Translations under genes and position numbers: made by a program | Part shown: positions 43,401-53,378 of the stretch, in pieces | Numbering within the stretch: position 1 is the stretch's first letter | Layout: every line of letters begins with the position of its first letter | Origin: Cyanidioschyzon merolae | Taxonomy: Eukaryota | NCBI GenBank assembly: GCA_000091205.1 | Contig: AP006502.2 | DNA: 64,000 nucleotides | Strand: one strand, 5' to 3' | The notes under the pieces: model-generated | Database searches by the model: none | Seen by the model: the letters and a program-made list of their open reading frames with translations, nothing else | What the model was told of the DNA's origin: nothing

Positions 43401-44802
43401 GCGCTTGGATGCCGTGGGCATGCGAGCGCTTGCTTTCCAGGTTGAATTCCCATTGACTCTAGTTTTGGCGGACATGGAGCGCACTGGTGTCTATGTAGCG
43501 CAGCAGGAGTTGCGCGAACTAGAGGAAAAAATGGAGCGCGAATTGCGGGATATTGAGACGCAGATCTATGCACTTGCAGGAACAACCTTCAACATTCGTT
43601 CTGCGGATCAGCTTGCGCGAGTGCTCTTCGAACAACTCGGTGTTGACGCGCCGCTGAGAACGCCCGGAGGCAAAGCAAGCACGGCGGATCGGGTGCTCGC
43701 TGCCTTGGTGCGACGCTACGGCCAAGAAGGAGAGCGGGGTACTGCGGCGCTTGTTGGTGCGTCACCCCGAGAACATGGTGCTGAGGCATCTGCAATCGAT
43801 GCTTCGAAGGCGTCCCGGGCGGCAAGCATTGCGGCGCTGACCCAGGAATATCGCCAGATTGCAAAGTTGCTGTCGACGTACGTTCGCGGTCTGGTCGGCC
43901 ACATTGACCCGAAGACGCAACGCATTCATGCTACGTTTCATCAGACCGGTGCGATTACGGGACGTCTTTCGAGTTCCGCACCCAATCTGCAGTCGATTCC
44001 GATCCGCAGCACCCGAGGTCGCGCACTGCGGAGCCTTTTTCGGGCGACACCGATCGACACGGTGCATCGTGCAGGCGGTACTGAGCCAGCCGGCAATGTA
44101 CTCATCTCCGCGGATTACGAGCAAATCGAGTTGCGCATTATTGGAGCATTGAGTGGGGATGCGGTGCTTCTACAGGCTTTTCGTGATCAAGTCGATGTGC
44201 ACGCGACGACCGCGCGACATCTGTTCGGTCTGCCGTTTGACGCAAAAGTGAGTGCAGCGCAGCGCACCGCCGCCAAGGCGATCAATTACGGGATTCCCTA
44301 CGGCGTCACTGCTTACGGGCTGGCCCAGAATCTACGAATATCTGTGGCAGAGGCACGAAAGCTCATCAGGGAATACCACGATGCTTTTCCGGGTGTGGCA
44401 CGGTTGAAGCGGGAGCTCCTGGACAAGGCACGGGCCACGGGATATGCATCGACGCTGCTTGGGCGTCGACGCTATCTGCCAGCGTTGCATTCCCGCAACT
44501 ACGCCGAGCGTACTGCAGCCGAGCGCGCTGCCGTGAATATGCCCATTCAAGGAAGCCAGGCGGATATGATCAAAGTCGCGATGGTGCGAATCTGGCAAGC
44601 GCTGCGTTCGCAGCACCTACGAACCCGAATCGTGATCCAGATCCACGATGAACTCGTTTTCGAGGCACCTGAGTCGGAACTCGCCTCCGTGATGCCTCTT
44701 ATTCAAGTGCAGATGGAGCGTGCGCTCATCCTGCCGAACGATGTTCCCGTGAAGGTGCGCATTGGATACGGGGTGTCATGGGCAGCTGCGCACGCCCCCT
44801 AG
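40447..44802 (+). CDS. Organellar family-A DNA polymerase (Pol I-like/POP-type) with N-terminal 5'-3' exonuclease domain. The true start is probably the Met at 40849 (MASVRSS..., presequence-like) or 41289 (MASDAQDQWLPTLFLVDALSIVYRSYYAF).
   Basis: 5'-3' exo and H3TH region (VIVSNDKDFKQL, LAGDAVDNIPGVPGIGIKTA). Pol motif A DYEQIELRIIGALSGD, motif B RTAAKAINYGIPYGVTAYGLA and motif C QIHDELVFEAP. Low-complexity inserts are present, including a poly-Thr run. Confidence 0.85.
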   Translation: MFAVCWYSLPRPPLTNGPPERVPVSAWQNARLTRTRSGRRVWFSVSTGCNDTRYTNLCEWMGSEALAAKIYAKQRKLVEARLKSAAFCSFGRQNRSSFRLWLLLPTRPRISCGSERVRELCLVSSFSFRLCCCFMASVRSSHGCCERSRKVPLTWGTPWAGRLLLSLAVLRTASRARRCVRGPELSVVRLLLSTTSKQRGRVRQSGARWRSTSCGGSQSGFCSLADVKTRPSPPAVRCLAQGPEAASASAQWSVPANSRTGPWTQTTGIEHANKNASPAHEAGVMASDAQDQWLPTLFLVDALSIVYRSYYAFQKNPLYSSSGINTSAIYGFIQTILLLLQKYNPEALAVVFDSHTTEPGPGSFRQLLFPKYKANRERMPDGVRDALPYVKRAIHQLGLQSFELESFEADDVIGTLAALANHNGYRVVIVSNDKDFKQLIKAGWVRLLRPTRSSGSGGFDEVTEADLAAECGTSIRPQQYPDVLALAGDAVDNIPGVPGIGIKTAARLIRQFSSIEDLICNLDAIEPPRIQEKIISKADELLRNKVLAKIHQNVPLEKLQSERSPSADAGNELVTDAPAYDAMWIASCRRGPWQLNALLTLLRELDMEALSRRIQYLARSLGQSDHEKRTSASARDSLETGFMAAPRERLDSPLANDEVINQPLASEQEIPPDSQHNNLHDHVDDRLQPAAGPARDVPFTSVTDDSATAVPGSAQESTRSTSAQSAELRPNSASVPANWSADELSMYLGAPLRYQIMEADALLHFLDGSGTHEPIGLFMAHVMPETRRRPRHRTKEAAAAPADAVNTVRLSPNSADATTTTTTTTTTNTHTTAATAAVAEHPLILMGIATDQGNAAGAVLPATAPWLDTWLRQLRERLDQAHQRHVGFDLKHVLRFLLARDDVRADGVWIDPAVAHALLYPEEAFERPELLAKRYLGDLGVALWNRYVEAPLTSASTSETRTEALALAAAFQADLARHIFHRQVTRLDAVGMRALAFQVEFPLTLVLADMERTGVYVAQQELRELEEKMERELRDIETQIYALAGTTFNIRSADQLARVLFEQLGVDAPLRTPGGKASTADRVLAALVRRYGQEGERGTAALVGASPREHGAEASAIDASKASRAASIAALTQEYRQIAKLLSTYVRGLVGHIDPKTQRIHATFHQTGAITGRLSSSAPNLQSIPIRSTRGRALRSLFRATPIDTVHRAGGTEPAGNVLISADYEQIELRIIGALSGDAVLLQAFRDQVDVHATTARHLFGLPFDAKVSAAQRTAAKAINYGIPYGVTAYGLAQNLRISVAEARKLIREYHDAFPGVARLKRELLDKARATGYASTLLGRRRYLPALHSRNYAERTAAERAAVNMPIQGSQADMIKVAMVRIWQALRSQHLRTRIVIQIHDELVFEAPESELASVMPLIQVQMERALILPNDVPVKVRIGYGVSWAAAHAP
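42895..42960 (+). repeat. (ACN)n coding microsatellite encoding a TTTTTTTTNTHTTAATAA tract inside the polymerase gene
   Basis: acaacaacaacaactactactactaatacg...gcagcaacagcagcagtagca. Confidence 0.8.
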
Positions 44803-46427
44803 TACGCTAGGCCGCACGAGCTTCACAGCAAAGTCGCCAACAGGTGCATGATTAGGGTGCACGGAGCTGGTTCACGGGCGCTGCTAGTATCTGAGGGGTT
44901 TCCGGCTTTTTCAAGATGTTTTTGGATGTGCACGCTTGCACGCCAGCGGTCAGTGTGAAATGAATATGGAACATGGAGCGAATCGCTCGGGAGCTGCTTT
45001 TCGATTTCGTGTAAGAGTTTTTCTACATAGATAATCACAAGATTCGAAGTGCAACAGCAATGGATTACGGATGGATGTGCAGGTTTCGGATGCTTCCTCG
45101 GGTTGTGCTCAGTGACTCCTTCGACGCTGCGCCGCTGGCATTCGATACGTCACTGGAATCAAGATGTTTCGCGTTGCCCTCGAATGACGGTTCATAAACT
45201 GATCGGTACGAGCACCCAATTCATACGTAGAGGCAACCGGTCTTCTCCTTTGCTTGCATGTACCATGCCGCAATGAATCACGCGTCAAGGATTTGATGTT
45301 TCTGTTTCCGTTTCAAGACAAGACACGGGCGGAGCAATGCGCGCCTCTTTACTGACGACAGCGTTCGTCGATTTCATCACTTGGCAACTGTTTGAGCGGC
45401 TCAGGTCGAAAGACCACCCAGCTTGTCGCGTGAAGGAATCCGTTCCGATCGAAATACAACTCGTATGCTATGTGTGGACGCCGCGGAAACGGCATTCCTC
45501 AGCCGCGTGGTGGCTTTCACAGCAGATGCTCCCAGAGGCACCGGTCTCTTTTGGATAGAATGCAAACGGATGTTGGATTCGGACTTGAATTTTCGCAACG
45601 ATCCATGGTAGTGGTGCCGAGGTCACTGCTTTGCACGAAGCGAGTGCAGACGTTACCAAGTCGCTCGACTTGTTCTCTAGCCTGGGTATTCCTTGCGGTA
45701 CCTGTTTCAACAAGAACAACATCGCGTTCCACAAATCCTCTATCGAACGCAATAACTCACGTGTGCATGTTCAGCAGACAGCCTAGTCACCGAGAGCATC
45801 GCCCAAAAGATGCTCGTGATCGTACGGTACGACGCGGCTCTCGGAAACGGAGCGCTACATCGAGGACTGCTCTGGTGCCGTCAAGAGCGTGCTCCGAGAG
45901 AGGAAGCGCGCGTTCAGTTGGTACAGGGCAGCATACGGAGCCGGGGTCGTTTTGGACGCATAGCAACATCTGACTGCGGTCGAGTGTCACCGCTGAGCAG
46001 CGCGCATTGCTGCTGTATAGGCTAAAGATCAAAACGGGAAGCGAAATGTAAATGACAACCACCGACTGTTCATGAAATGCGTTTAGACGAACCGGAAGCG
46101 ATTGAGTCGGGGCTTGAACGCTGCTATCAACGTGCTTCTACGGATGACAAGGGAGCTAGAGGGAAAAGAGAGACGACAAGGAGGCAGTCACAGAAAAAGG
46201 TCGCCGAGTCTGCCATTCACGACACTGGGGAGACACTTGAACGTTAGCGTGCATGCCCGAATGACAGGACACGATCCATTCTATTCTGAGATGCGTGTTT
46301 GATCATACCTAGATGCGTCTGTTCACGACAGCATATGAACAGGGATTTCCGAGCCTACGATCACTGGCATGAAACCTGATTCGAGCGACGTCTACCGAAT
46401 GCAGTGCACGGGTACCCGGTGGTCGCT

Positions 46428-48644
46428 TTACGAGTGCAGACTCGGAGCTCCTGCTTCGACGCTTGTTGTTGTCGCTGCTGCGGTGTCAGCGTGATCTGCC
46501 GCCTGTTCTTCCATGAATCGTGTCTGTGTTGTTCGGTCGGTCTGATTCTTTGTCAACTCTCGCAAGAGCATCGTAGCATAGCTCGACGCTGGCAACTGGA
46601 AACAAAGAACACATGATAGGAACCTGGACTCAACAGGTGCGTCATTGACATTCATGATAGACTGAGCATCACGAGCAGGCAGCCCGCTAAGATCAGTGTC
46701 TAGCAATGGCTCCCTGGGCGATTCGTGTCGAACAAAGCGGTATGTTAGGCGTTCAGGGCGAACCAGCACGCGGCGATATGTACCACGCATGGTATACTGC
46801 TTACACAAGGCGGGCGCGTCGGTGCCCATCAGGGAAACTCCGTAGGTCTCCACGAAGCGCCGATATGCTCGCGCTGCCGCCGGGCACGATATTGCCTCGG
46901 TCTGCAGACCAGGCACTGGAACCACCAAATCGAAAATGGTGTAGCGTTGGCTATCAATGTCCGCTTGGGTGACCGGATGGACACTGACTGGAGCGAACCC
47001 CGAGGTCGTCGCGTCAACAGTCGCTTTCGACGCAGTGCCTGCATTGTCCGCATGCGTCAAGCTTGGTGCCGCAGATTCTGGATCAGTTACGGTATCTGTG
47101 GCTGGTGCGGAAGGCGCATCATCATCAACATCACCATCATGATCATGATCATCATCGACAATGGTATCAGCATCGGCGATGGTATGGGCGCTGGGTGCAC
47201 CTGCAGGGACAGGCTCCAGGACCAGGTCACCAGGATGCAGCTCTTTTGCGCCAAACGCCCGAATGCGTTCGCTAGCCATTTCATTCCAGACGTAGCTCTG
47301 AACGGCGTGCAGGTACAAGGTGCGTAAATTTCTCGGCAAACTGTGGAAGATGGCAGGCAAGTCACGTGCTCCGTACTGGCATTCGGCTTGCAACAAGCGT
47401 TTCTCCAGATGCAATCCGCGCTGTACAGCACGCGGTAGCGCTGCAAGTTGAGTCAGCGCTCGTGCCGCGTCTCGCTCTCGTAAATACGCTTCCAAAATGG
47501 GCCGCACGTAACCCACGCGAAGCGACTGCTGCTCATCGCGTGTCTCCACGAGACTTGCTGTGAGGATCAGATCGAGTGCTTCGCGCCATTTGCCTCGCAA
47601 CAACGCCAAACCTATATGATGTGTTGGCACACGTCCGGAGCCAAAGCGTTGTAAACCATAGTAATTGATAAAGCCGTGCTCCCGGAGCGATACGATCGCC
47701 GAGTCGACCTCTTCCAGCGCGTTCGGGGCAAGCGATCGCAACACCAGTCGGAAATAATTCCCCTGGAGTTGACCTAAGCGCAGGGGTTCCTTTGTGCAGC
47801 GGAAACCGCCGACTCGAATTTGCGGGGCTCCCGAGTCCGCGTCGACTTGGCCAAAGGCTCTTTCAACTGCTTTCTCGAGGCGCGCTGGCGTGCATTGCCA
47901 TATGCGCATCTCTTGGGTGGTAACGCCACGCCGATCCTTGGTGCCGGCGTAGGTGAATGCATTTGGCTTCAGGCCCAGCGAACGTGCTAGACGCATGACG
48001 ACTTCGTTCGTGTCCAGGTTCTGTTTGCAGAGGAGGAAGCGCAAGTAGCTGCCGCCGTGACGAGCGCAACGCTCCCGTCGATCGCAAGCGCGGCGTCGTT
48101 TGGCAGCGCGCAATCGTGCAGCCGACTCCTGAATAGAATCCGGGTCCGAACCAAGAAGTGCACGACCATCTTCGTCTGTTGGATAGACCTGGATTTGATT
48201 CGAACTGTTCGTGACAGAAGCAAATCGCGGTGCAAGCACGCGCAGCGCAGTATGACGGGCACGGCGCCGGTCCTTGTCCGGGCAAACCGTGAGGGTCAAG
48301 ATCGTCGCCCCGGCAGTCGCTGGTGCTGATGCTGGATTCCAGTGGTTTTGCACAAACTCTAATATGCGGTCAGTTTCTTCCGCATCAAATACTGCGCCAA
48401 AACACTCACGAAGAGCGTCTAGCGGCAACTCGGCGGTGACGGTGCGCCCCCGAGCGTCACTGTCTGGGAACGCTGAAGCCTGGGGCGCGTGCTCCAGCTC
48501 CTGGCGAAGAGACAGCACCTGACCGCTAGAATCCACTTCATGTACGACAAAGTCACTAAAAAGCGTTTTAATGGTGGCGTGGAAGCCAGTATGGTGTGTC
48601 ACGTACTCTGTGATGCCGAGGGCGTGTTCGCTATGCGCGCCCAT
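46428..48644 (-). CDS. PUS7: tRNA pseudouridine synthase Pus7 (TruD family)
   Basis: N-terminal GITEYVTHHTGFHATIKTLFSDFVVHEV and the TruD signature GFINYYGLQRFGSG. An Asp/His-rich insert is present (DDDHDHDGDVDDD). Confidence 0.85.
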   Translation of the reverse strand: MGAHSEHALGITEYVTHHTGFHATIKTLFSDFVVHEVDSSGQVLSLRQELEHAPQASAFPDSDARGRTVTAELPLDALRECFGAVFDAEETDRILEFVQNHWNPASAPATAGATILTLTVCPDKDRRRARHTALRVLAPRFASVTNSSNQIQVYPTDEDGRALLGSDPDSIQESAARLRAAKRRRACDRRERCARHGGSYLRFLLCKQNLDTNEVVMRLARSLGLKPNAFTYAGTKDRRGVTTQEMRIWQCTPARLEKAVERAFGQVDADSGAPQIRVGGFRCTKEPLRLGQLQGNYFRLVLRSLAPNALEEVDSAIVSLREHGFINYYGLQRFGSGRVPTHHIGLALLRGKWREALDLILTASLVETRDEQQSLRVGYVRPILEAYLRERDAARALTQLAALPRAVQRGLHLEKRLLQAECQYGARDLPAIFHSLPRNLRTLYLHAVQSYVWNEMASERIRAFGAKELHPGDLVLEPVPAGAPSAHTIADADTIVDDDHDHDGDVDDDAPSAPATDTVTDPESAAPSLTHADNAGTASKATVDATTSGFAPVSVHPVTQADIDSQRYTIFDLVVPVPGLQTEAISCPAAARAYRRFVETYGVSLMGTDAPALCKQYTMRGTYRRVLVRPERLTYRFVRHESPREPLLDTDLSGLPARDAQSIMNVNDAPVESRFLSCVLCFQLPASSYATMLLRELTKNQTDRTTQTRFMEEQAADHADTAAATTTSVEAGAPSLHS

Positions 48645-49592
48645 CAGAAAAGCTGTGCACGAGCCCTGTCTCTCATAGGAGCACTGCTGCTGTGGAGAAT
48701 CAACCAGTTGATTTCTTTACACGCACAGCAAACGGGTGCCTGTGGTGTACGCAAGTCGCTGTCGCCGTACGTGAGCGGAAATGAAAAGCTGTGCGTCCTG
48801 CAAACGAACCAGTTGCCAAGCACAGCGGGAGAAGCTCCACGGCGGACGTTTGAGGATCATCGCCAGAGCGGCAGGCCTGCGTCATCGCACGCGTCGGAGG
48901 CGCTGCACTGAACAATCAGCAATTTTTTATGAAGGAATATGGAAATCATGGTATATTTGGGATTGTCCGCTTCGATCGCTGGCCTGTGGTGCCGCACGAA
49001 TGTCGCTGCGACGACAACTGCTGCTTGCGGATGCGAAACAGTGAGCACATGGCACCAGTGCAGCGGGATCGAGGGCCATTCCCTCGTTCATACGTTCTGT
49101 AGTCGCGTTAGTCCGTCGATGGAGTTGCAAGTGAACAGTTTAGAGACGTTGGAGCCTCAGGAGCACAGCATACCCCGTACACGGGTTGAGGGAGCCGGCG
49201 CGCTGCCTATTTTATCACGCATCACGAGCAAACTTTGGGAAGCTTTCGGTTGAGAAACTGTTTCCTGAAGCCACGATCAAAGCGCTGGCGATGCGTCTCG
49301 AATGACACACGAAATTCCCGCTTTAACCAAGAAAGAAAACGGGAGCACTTTTTGAAAGCGTCGTGGCTCGCAGCAGAATCGACGCAGGGGGAAGAGCCCT
49401 CGCTGAACAGGTGCAATCCATGGACGAGGGTTACGAGACATTAGGGGCGTCGTTTGCTTCCCCTGCTGCTTTACTTTGCGATAGCGCGGAATCTCGAGCC
49501 GTGCCTGCTCTCGTGAGCGTGGAGGCGCGACGATGCAGTGCTTCCGAGCCAAAATCGGAGTAATAGAGCGTGACCTCATTATGGACCCGTTT

Positions 49593-51191
49593 TCACAAGG
49601 GATTACGAAGAACCTTTTCCAATACGGTGACATTCGGCGCGGCCACAGCACGACGTGCTTTAACGTGCGACAAGGCATCCTCCAGCGTCATGCCGCGGCG
49701 CCACACGAGGTAGGCGACAACTACAGCGGGCGCTCGACCCATTCCTGCGGTACAGTGCACGTAGACGACGCGCTTCGCCTTGAGCGCCGCATCAAGAGCG
49801 CGTACGGCATCCGGAAGCAACTGCATGAGCGCCTCCGCATTAAAATCCGGAATCGGACAACGGATGACTTGCATCTCTAGTGCTGTATATGTCTCCATCA
49901 GCGTCGACCAGGGAATACTGCGGTGTGCAAAGTCCTCATCGGTCTGTAAATTCAAAACAGCCGTAATCCCCGCCTCATGCATCATTTCGACATGCTCTGG
50001 AGTTTGTGGGTAGGGCCCTATGTAAATGTCCGGACATATTTCATCAAATTCTAACGAAGCGACAAAATTTGCATCGAAACATTCGAGGCGCCCGTTCACC
50101 GCTCGTTCTAGTGTTGCATAGCGATTCGGTTCTCGTTCCCAGATCGTTTGCTGGCGGTTATCGTCGACTAGCACATAGCGATAGGCGAATTTGCCCACCG
50201 TGGATGGCACTGAAACCGTCAAGGACCAACGTCGGCCCTTGCCTCCTGTTTCCAAACGCTCCTCAGTAGTTGAGAGGGCCATGGGTACTGGACCCGGTTC
50301 TACCCACCGACCGATTTCCGGAAGATCGCCAGTGACACAGAGATGCTGCTTCTCTTTGGTAGGATAGTATATTGAGAACAGCACACGCGTACGCTCCCAT
50401 TCCACTTCAATCAGGCAGCCGTCCTTCGAGTTTCTCTGGATCACGGCTCTTCGGTTGGGTCCGGTTTCCCAGAGCGCACGCTGCGGATCTCCGCCTATAA
50501 GACGCACGAATTTGAACTCGAAGCTTGTTTCGGGTACAAGGTCTACCTCGCCTTCCCAGCAGTCACGGAACGGTGTATCCACTTGGCATTGATGACGGAG
50601 CCGGAGCGCTTTCGCGGGCTCCCAGTTGCCCAATTTGTCGTGACTACCAGCGGCGACGACAGCATCGCCAAACTCCGTGTGGCAGTAGACGCGGAATAAA
50701 GTCGGAATCGTCGGGGTTACGCTTCGATCATTCTTTGAGATCGTGTCCGCAATGTCTGAAGGAGGCCCAGGTACAGAGATATCCTCGGAAGCACCCCGTG
50801 CGGCTGGTGTTGACTGCGCACCAGACGAATCAGCAGCTGGCTTTGACGGAGGCTCAGGTACAGAGACACCCTCGGATGCAAACCGTGCGGCTGGTGTTGA
50901 CTGCGCACCAGACGAATCGGCAGCTGGCTTTGATGGAGGCCCAGCTACAGAGACTCCCTCGGAAGCACGCCGTGCGGCTGGTGTTGACTGCGCACCAGAC
51001 GAATCAGCAGCTGGCTTTGACGGAGGCTCAGCTACAGAGACTCCCTCGGAAGCACGCCGTGCGGCTGGTGTTGACTGCGCACCAGACGAATCAGCAGCTG
51101 GCGCTCTTGCCATCGACGGCACCCGATGCCGGCTTTCCGAGCCTGCCTGGTCGTTTGTGTTCCGGCGATCCGATGTTCGTATACGCGCCAT
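49593..51191 (-). CDS. Laforin/SEX4-like glucan phosphatase (two CBM20 starch-binding modules + dual-specificity phosphatase) with an N-terminal tandem-repeat region
   Basis: CBM20-like FRVYCHTEFGDAVVAAGSHDKLGNWEPAKAL and LFSIYYPTKEKQHLCVTGDLPEIGRW. DSP active site VHCTAGMGRAPAVVVAYLVW. Confidence 0.6.
   Translation of the reverse strand: MARIRTSDRRNTNDQAGSESRHRVPSMARAPAADSSGAQSTPAARRASEGVSVAEPPSKPAADSSGAQSTPAARRASEGVSVAGPPSKPAADSSGAQSTPAARFASEGVSVPEPPSKPAADSSGAQSTPAARGASEDISVPGPPSDIADTISKNDRSVTPTIPTLFRVYCHTEFGDAVVAAGSHDKLGNWEPAKALRLRHQCQVDTPFRDCWEGEVDLVPETSFEFKFVRLIGGDPQRALWETGPNRRAVIQRNSKDGCLIEVEWERTRVLFSIYYPTKEKQHLCVTGDLPEIGRWVEPGPVPMALSTTEERLETGGKGRRWSLTVSVPSTVGKFAYRYVLVDDNRQQTIWEREPNRYATLERAVNGRLECFDANFVASLEFDEICPDIYIGPYPQTPEHVEMMHEAGITAVLNLQTDEDFAHRSIPWSTLMETYTALEMQVIRCPIPDFNAEALMQLLPDAVRALDAALKAKRVVYVHCTAGMGRAPAVVVAYLVWRRGMTLEDALSHVKARRAVAAPNVTVLEKVLRNPL
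50741..51107. repeat. 4 x 87-bp near-identical tandem repeats encoding PPSKPAADSSGAQSTPAARRASEGVSVAE units at the phosphatase N-terminus
   Basis: The DNA units ...ccagacgaatcagcagctggctttgacggaggc...gtgcggctggtgttgactgcgcacc are repeated almost verbatim. Antisense ORFs 50525..51247 and 50743..51321 are artefacts. Confidence 0.85.
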
Positions 51192-53378
51192 ATCAGATCA
51201 AAAGTGCAAAAAATCAAAAGCGTTGCGCACAAACCTATATCGGATAGCGATGGTACCGCATGCGCTTGGAAAGATCCGGTGCGCTTGGAGGCATGTAGTG
51301 GGCGGCGTGCGGCTGCAATGAGCGCATCATCATGCAGCGTCGCAGATGCGACGCAGCCTGAACGCCGTGGAGGCCATGCGTTGCGCGCGCTGTCTCATGG
51401 TAGAGGATGGATAAATCGGACCAGTATCCCGCGGGTGCACAAATGCTACCAATCCATTGGGAACAGATTTCCGTTCCTCGACACCCGCTTCCTCGTGCTG
51501 GAATAGCTAGAGCAGCCATTGCCAGCGGAACAGAGGCTGGATCGAAGTTTCCATGACGTTCAGTATGCTGGCTCTATCACAGGCGTCTATTATTGTGTTG
51601 CTGGGATGCGCTCGCGCTGTTGCCCTGCGAGACAGGGCGGCTCCGCGATACCCATATGGGCATCGGCTCCGGGTCTGAGCGCGTTCTGCATGTTTATGGT
51701 GCTTTGCCCGTGCAGGTGGTGGTAAAGTGTCCAAGCACTCGGCAATATGGAGCGGGCGGAACTCGCAGTCGATATACCGTGGAGTGCAGTATTTCCAGAG
51801 CTTTATCGATGCTTAAAGTCAAGGCTCTGCCTCCACAAAACCACGATACCCATAAAGGATGAACGAGACGCATCGTGACCTCCGGTTCATGTCACTTTGT
51901 AGAATCTAGGCCCGACTCAGCAACCCAACGAGTGTCATTCGCAAACAGAAACGTTTCGCGAGATACCCCAGCGTGTGTCCGCTCAGGGGGGTACGCGACG
52001 CATCGCGCCTACGGCAGGCAACGCGCGAGCTGCTCCGTAATGCGAGCGAGCACTGGATCCCTTCTCGCCAAGCGTTCTCCAGTCTATTGGTGCTCAGTGG
52101 ATGCACCATATAGATCAAAAATCGAACAAGCAGATGACCCACTGGAGCGCGTCGACGACGTATTCGTTCTCAACATGCGTCGATCTGCCTGTTGTCATGA
52201 GTTGGATGCATCTCTGGGGTACAATGCACAGCGAAGGATTGTGTCCTTTTGTCAAGACTACAAAATCTGCGACTGCTGCGGCAGCGGCGGTGGCGCATGC
52301 GCCGAATAAAAAACCCCTTGTACAGTGCGGCAACTGGCCCGGTACGCTTTCATGTTCGTCGGAGGGCATGACGAGCACACGCCGTCCTCTGGGCACTGCA
52401 AACAAGACATTCTTGATTGCGAGGTACTGCAATGCTCTGTATCGATATCGCTGATAGAGATCGTCTGCGTTGCATTTTGGGAAACGACCGGAATCAAGCG
52501 TGACGTTCTGATCTAGCTGTCATTCGCGATGGCCTGGTTAGGTCGTAGCTGAAGCAGCACTGGCTTCTGCGCTCACGGTTTCGCTTCAAGTCCAACTGGG
52601 TACGGTCCCAGGCATTCGCGAGGGAGCGATTTTCGCTATTCTGTGGATTCCACTAGAACTGGGACCCGCTCTCGTGGCGGGCGTCACTGTAGATGACATC
52701 GATGACGCAGATCGAGAGCATGACGCTCTTCGACACCGCTCTCAAAAGCAACGCTCCGTTTCCCCGAACCGATCTCGAAGCTACGACCTAGATTCCGATG
52801 CGTTTCGGAAGAGCGACGCCGTACCGTTCTGTGTAGCGCATGCGCTCGTCTCTGCAGTGAACTGTACCAGATCAGACGGTTGTCAAGTGTTCACGCTCTT
52901 GCGACGTAAGGATCGCAACAGAACCACTCATGAATCATGACCTGTCCAAGTAGGTTTACCGCTGTTGTACGGCATAGCCGCAGCGATTCATCAGAAGCGA
53001 CGAATTCGACGACAAGAACCAATGCACGTGTGGATCGTACCGCTCGGTTTTCGACGGCCCCTCGAGCTCCAATATGCAACGACCCGAACTGCCACAGCGA
53101 TTGCACCGCAATGTCCCCGCCAGACACCGTCGCCAAACGCGCTTTTCTGCTTTCTGAATGCGCTGCGCTGAACCGAGAAGCAATCCAAACCCCGGTCTCT
53201 GGGACAGGAGCCTTGCCCGTTCGCCGCACTGGAACGATGCAGTACCGCGCATGCACCAGATATCTCCCTATGAAAGTTAGCGAGTCCGTTCCGAAATGCG
53301 CAGGCCCGCGTACGCTTCCATTCGACGGCTAAAACCCGCAGTTCATCAAGTTCGGGAACGCAAGCATGCAGACACCAT

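Noticed and set aside
50741-51107. CRISPR-like regular 87-bp repeats
   Set aside because: These are perfect head-to-tail tandem repeats with no spacers. They lie in frame inside a eukaryotic coding sequence.
50525-51321. 240-aa and 192-aa + strand ORFs overlapping the phosphatase repeats
   Set aside because: They are repeat-driven antisense ORFs. The minus-strand gene carries the recognisable DSP and CBM20 domains.
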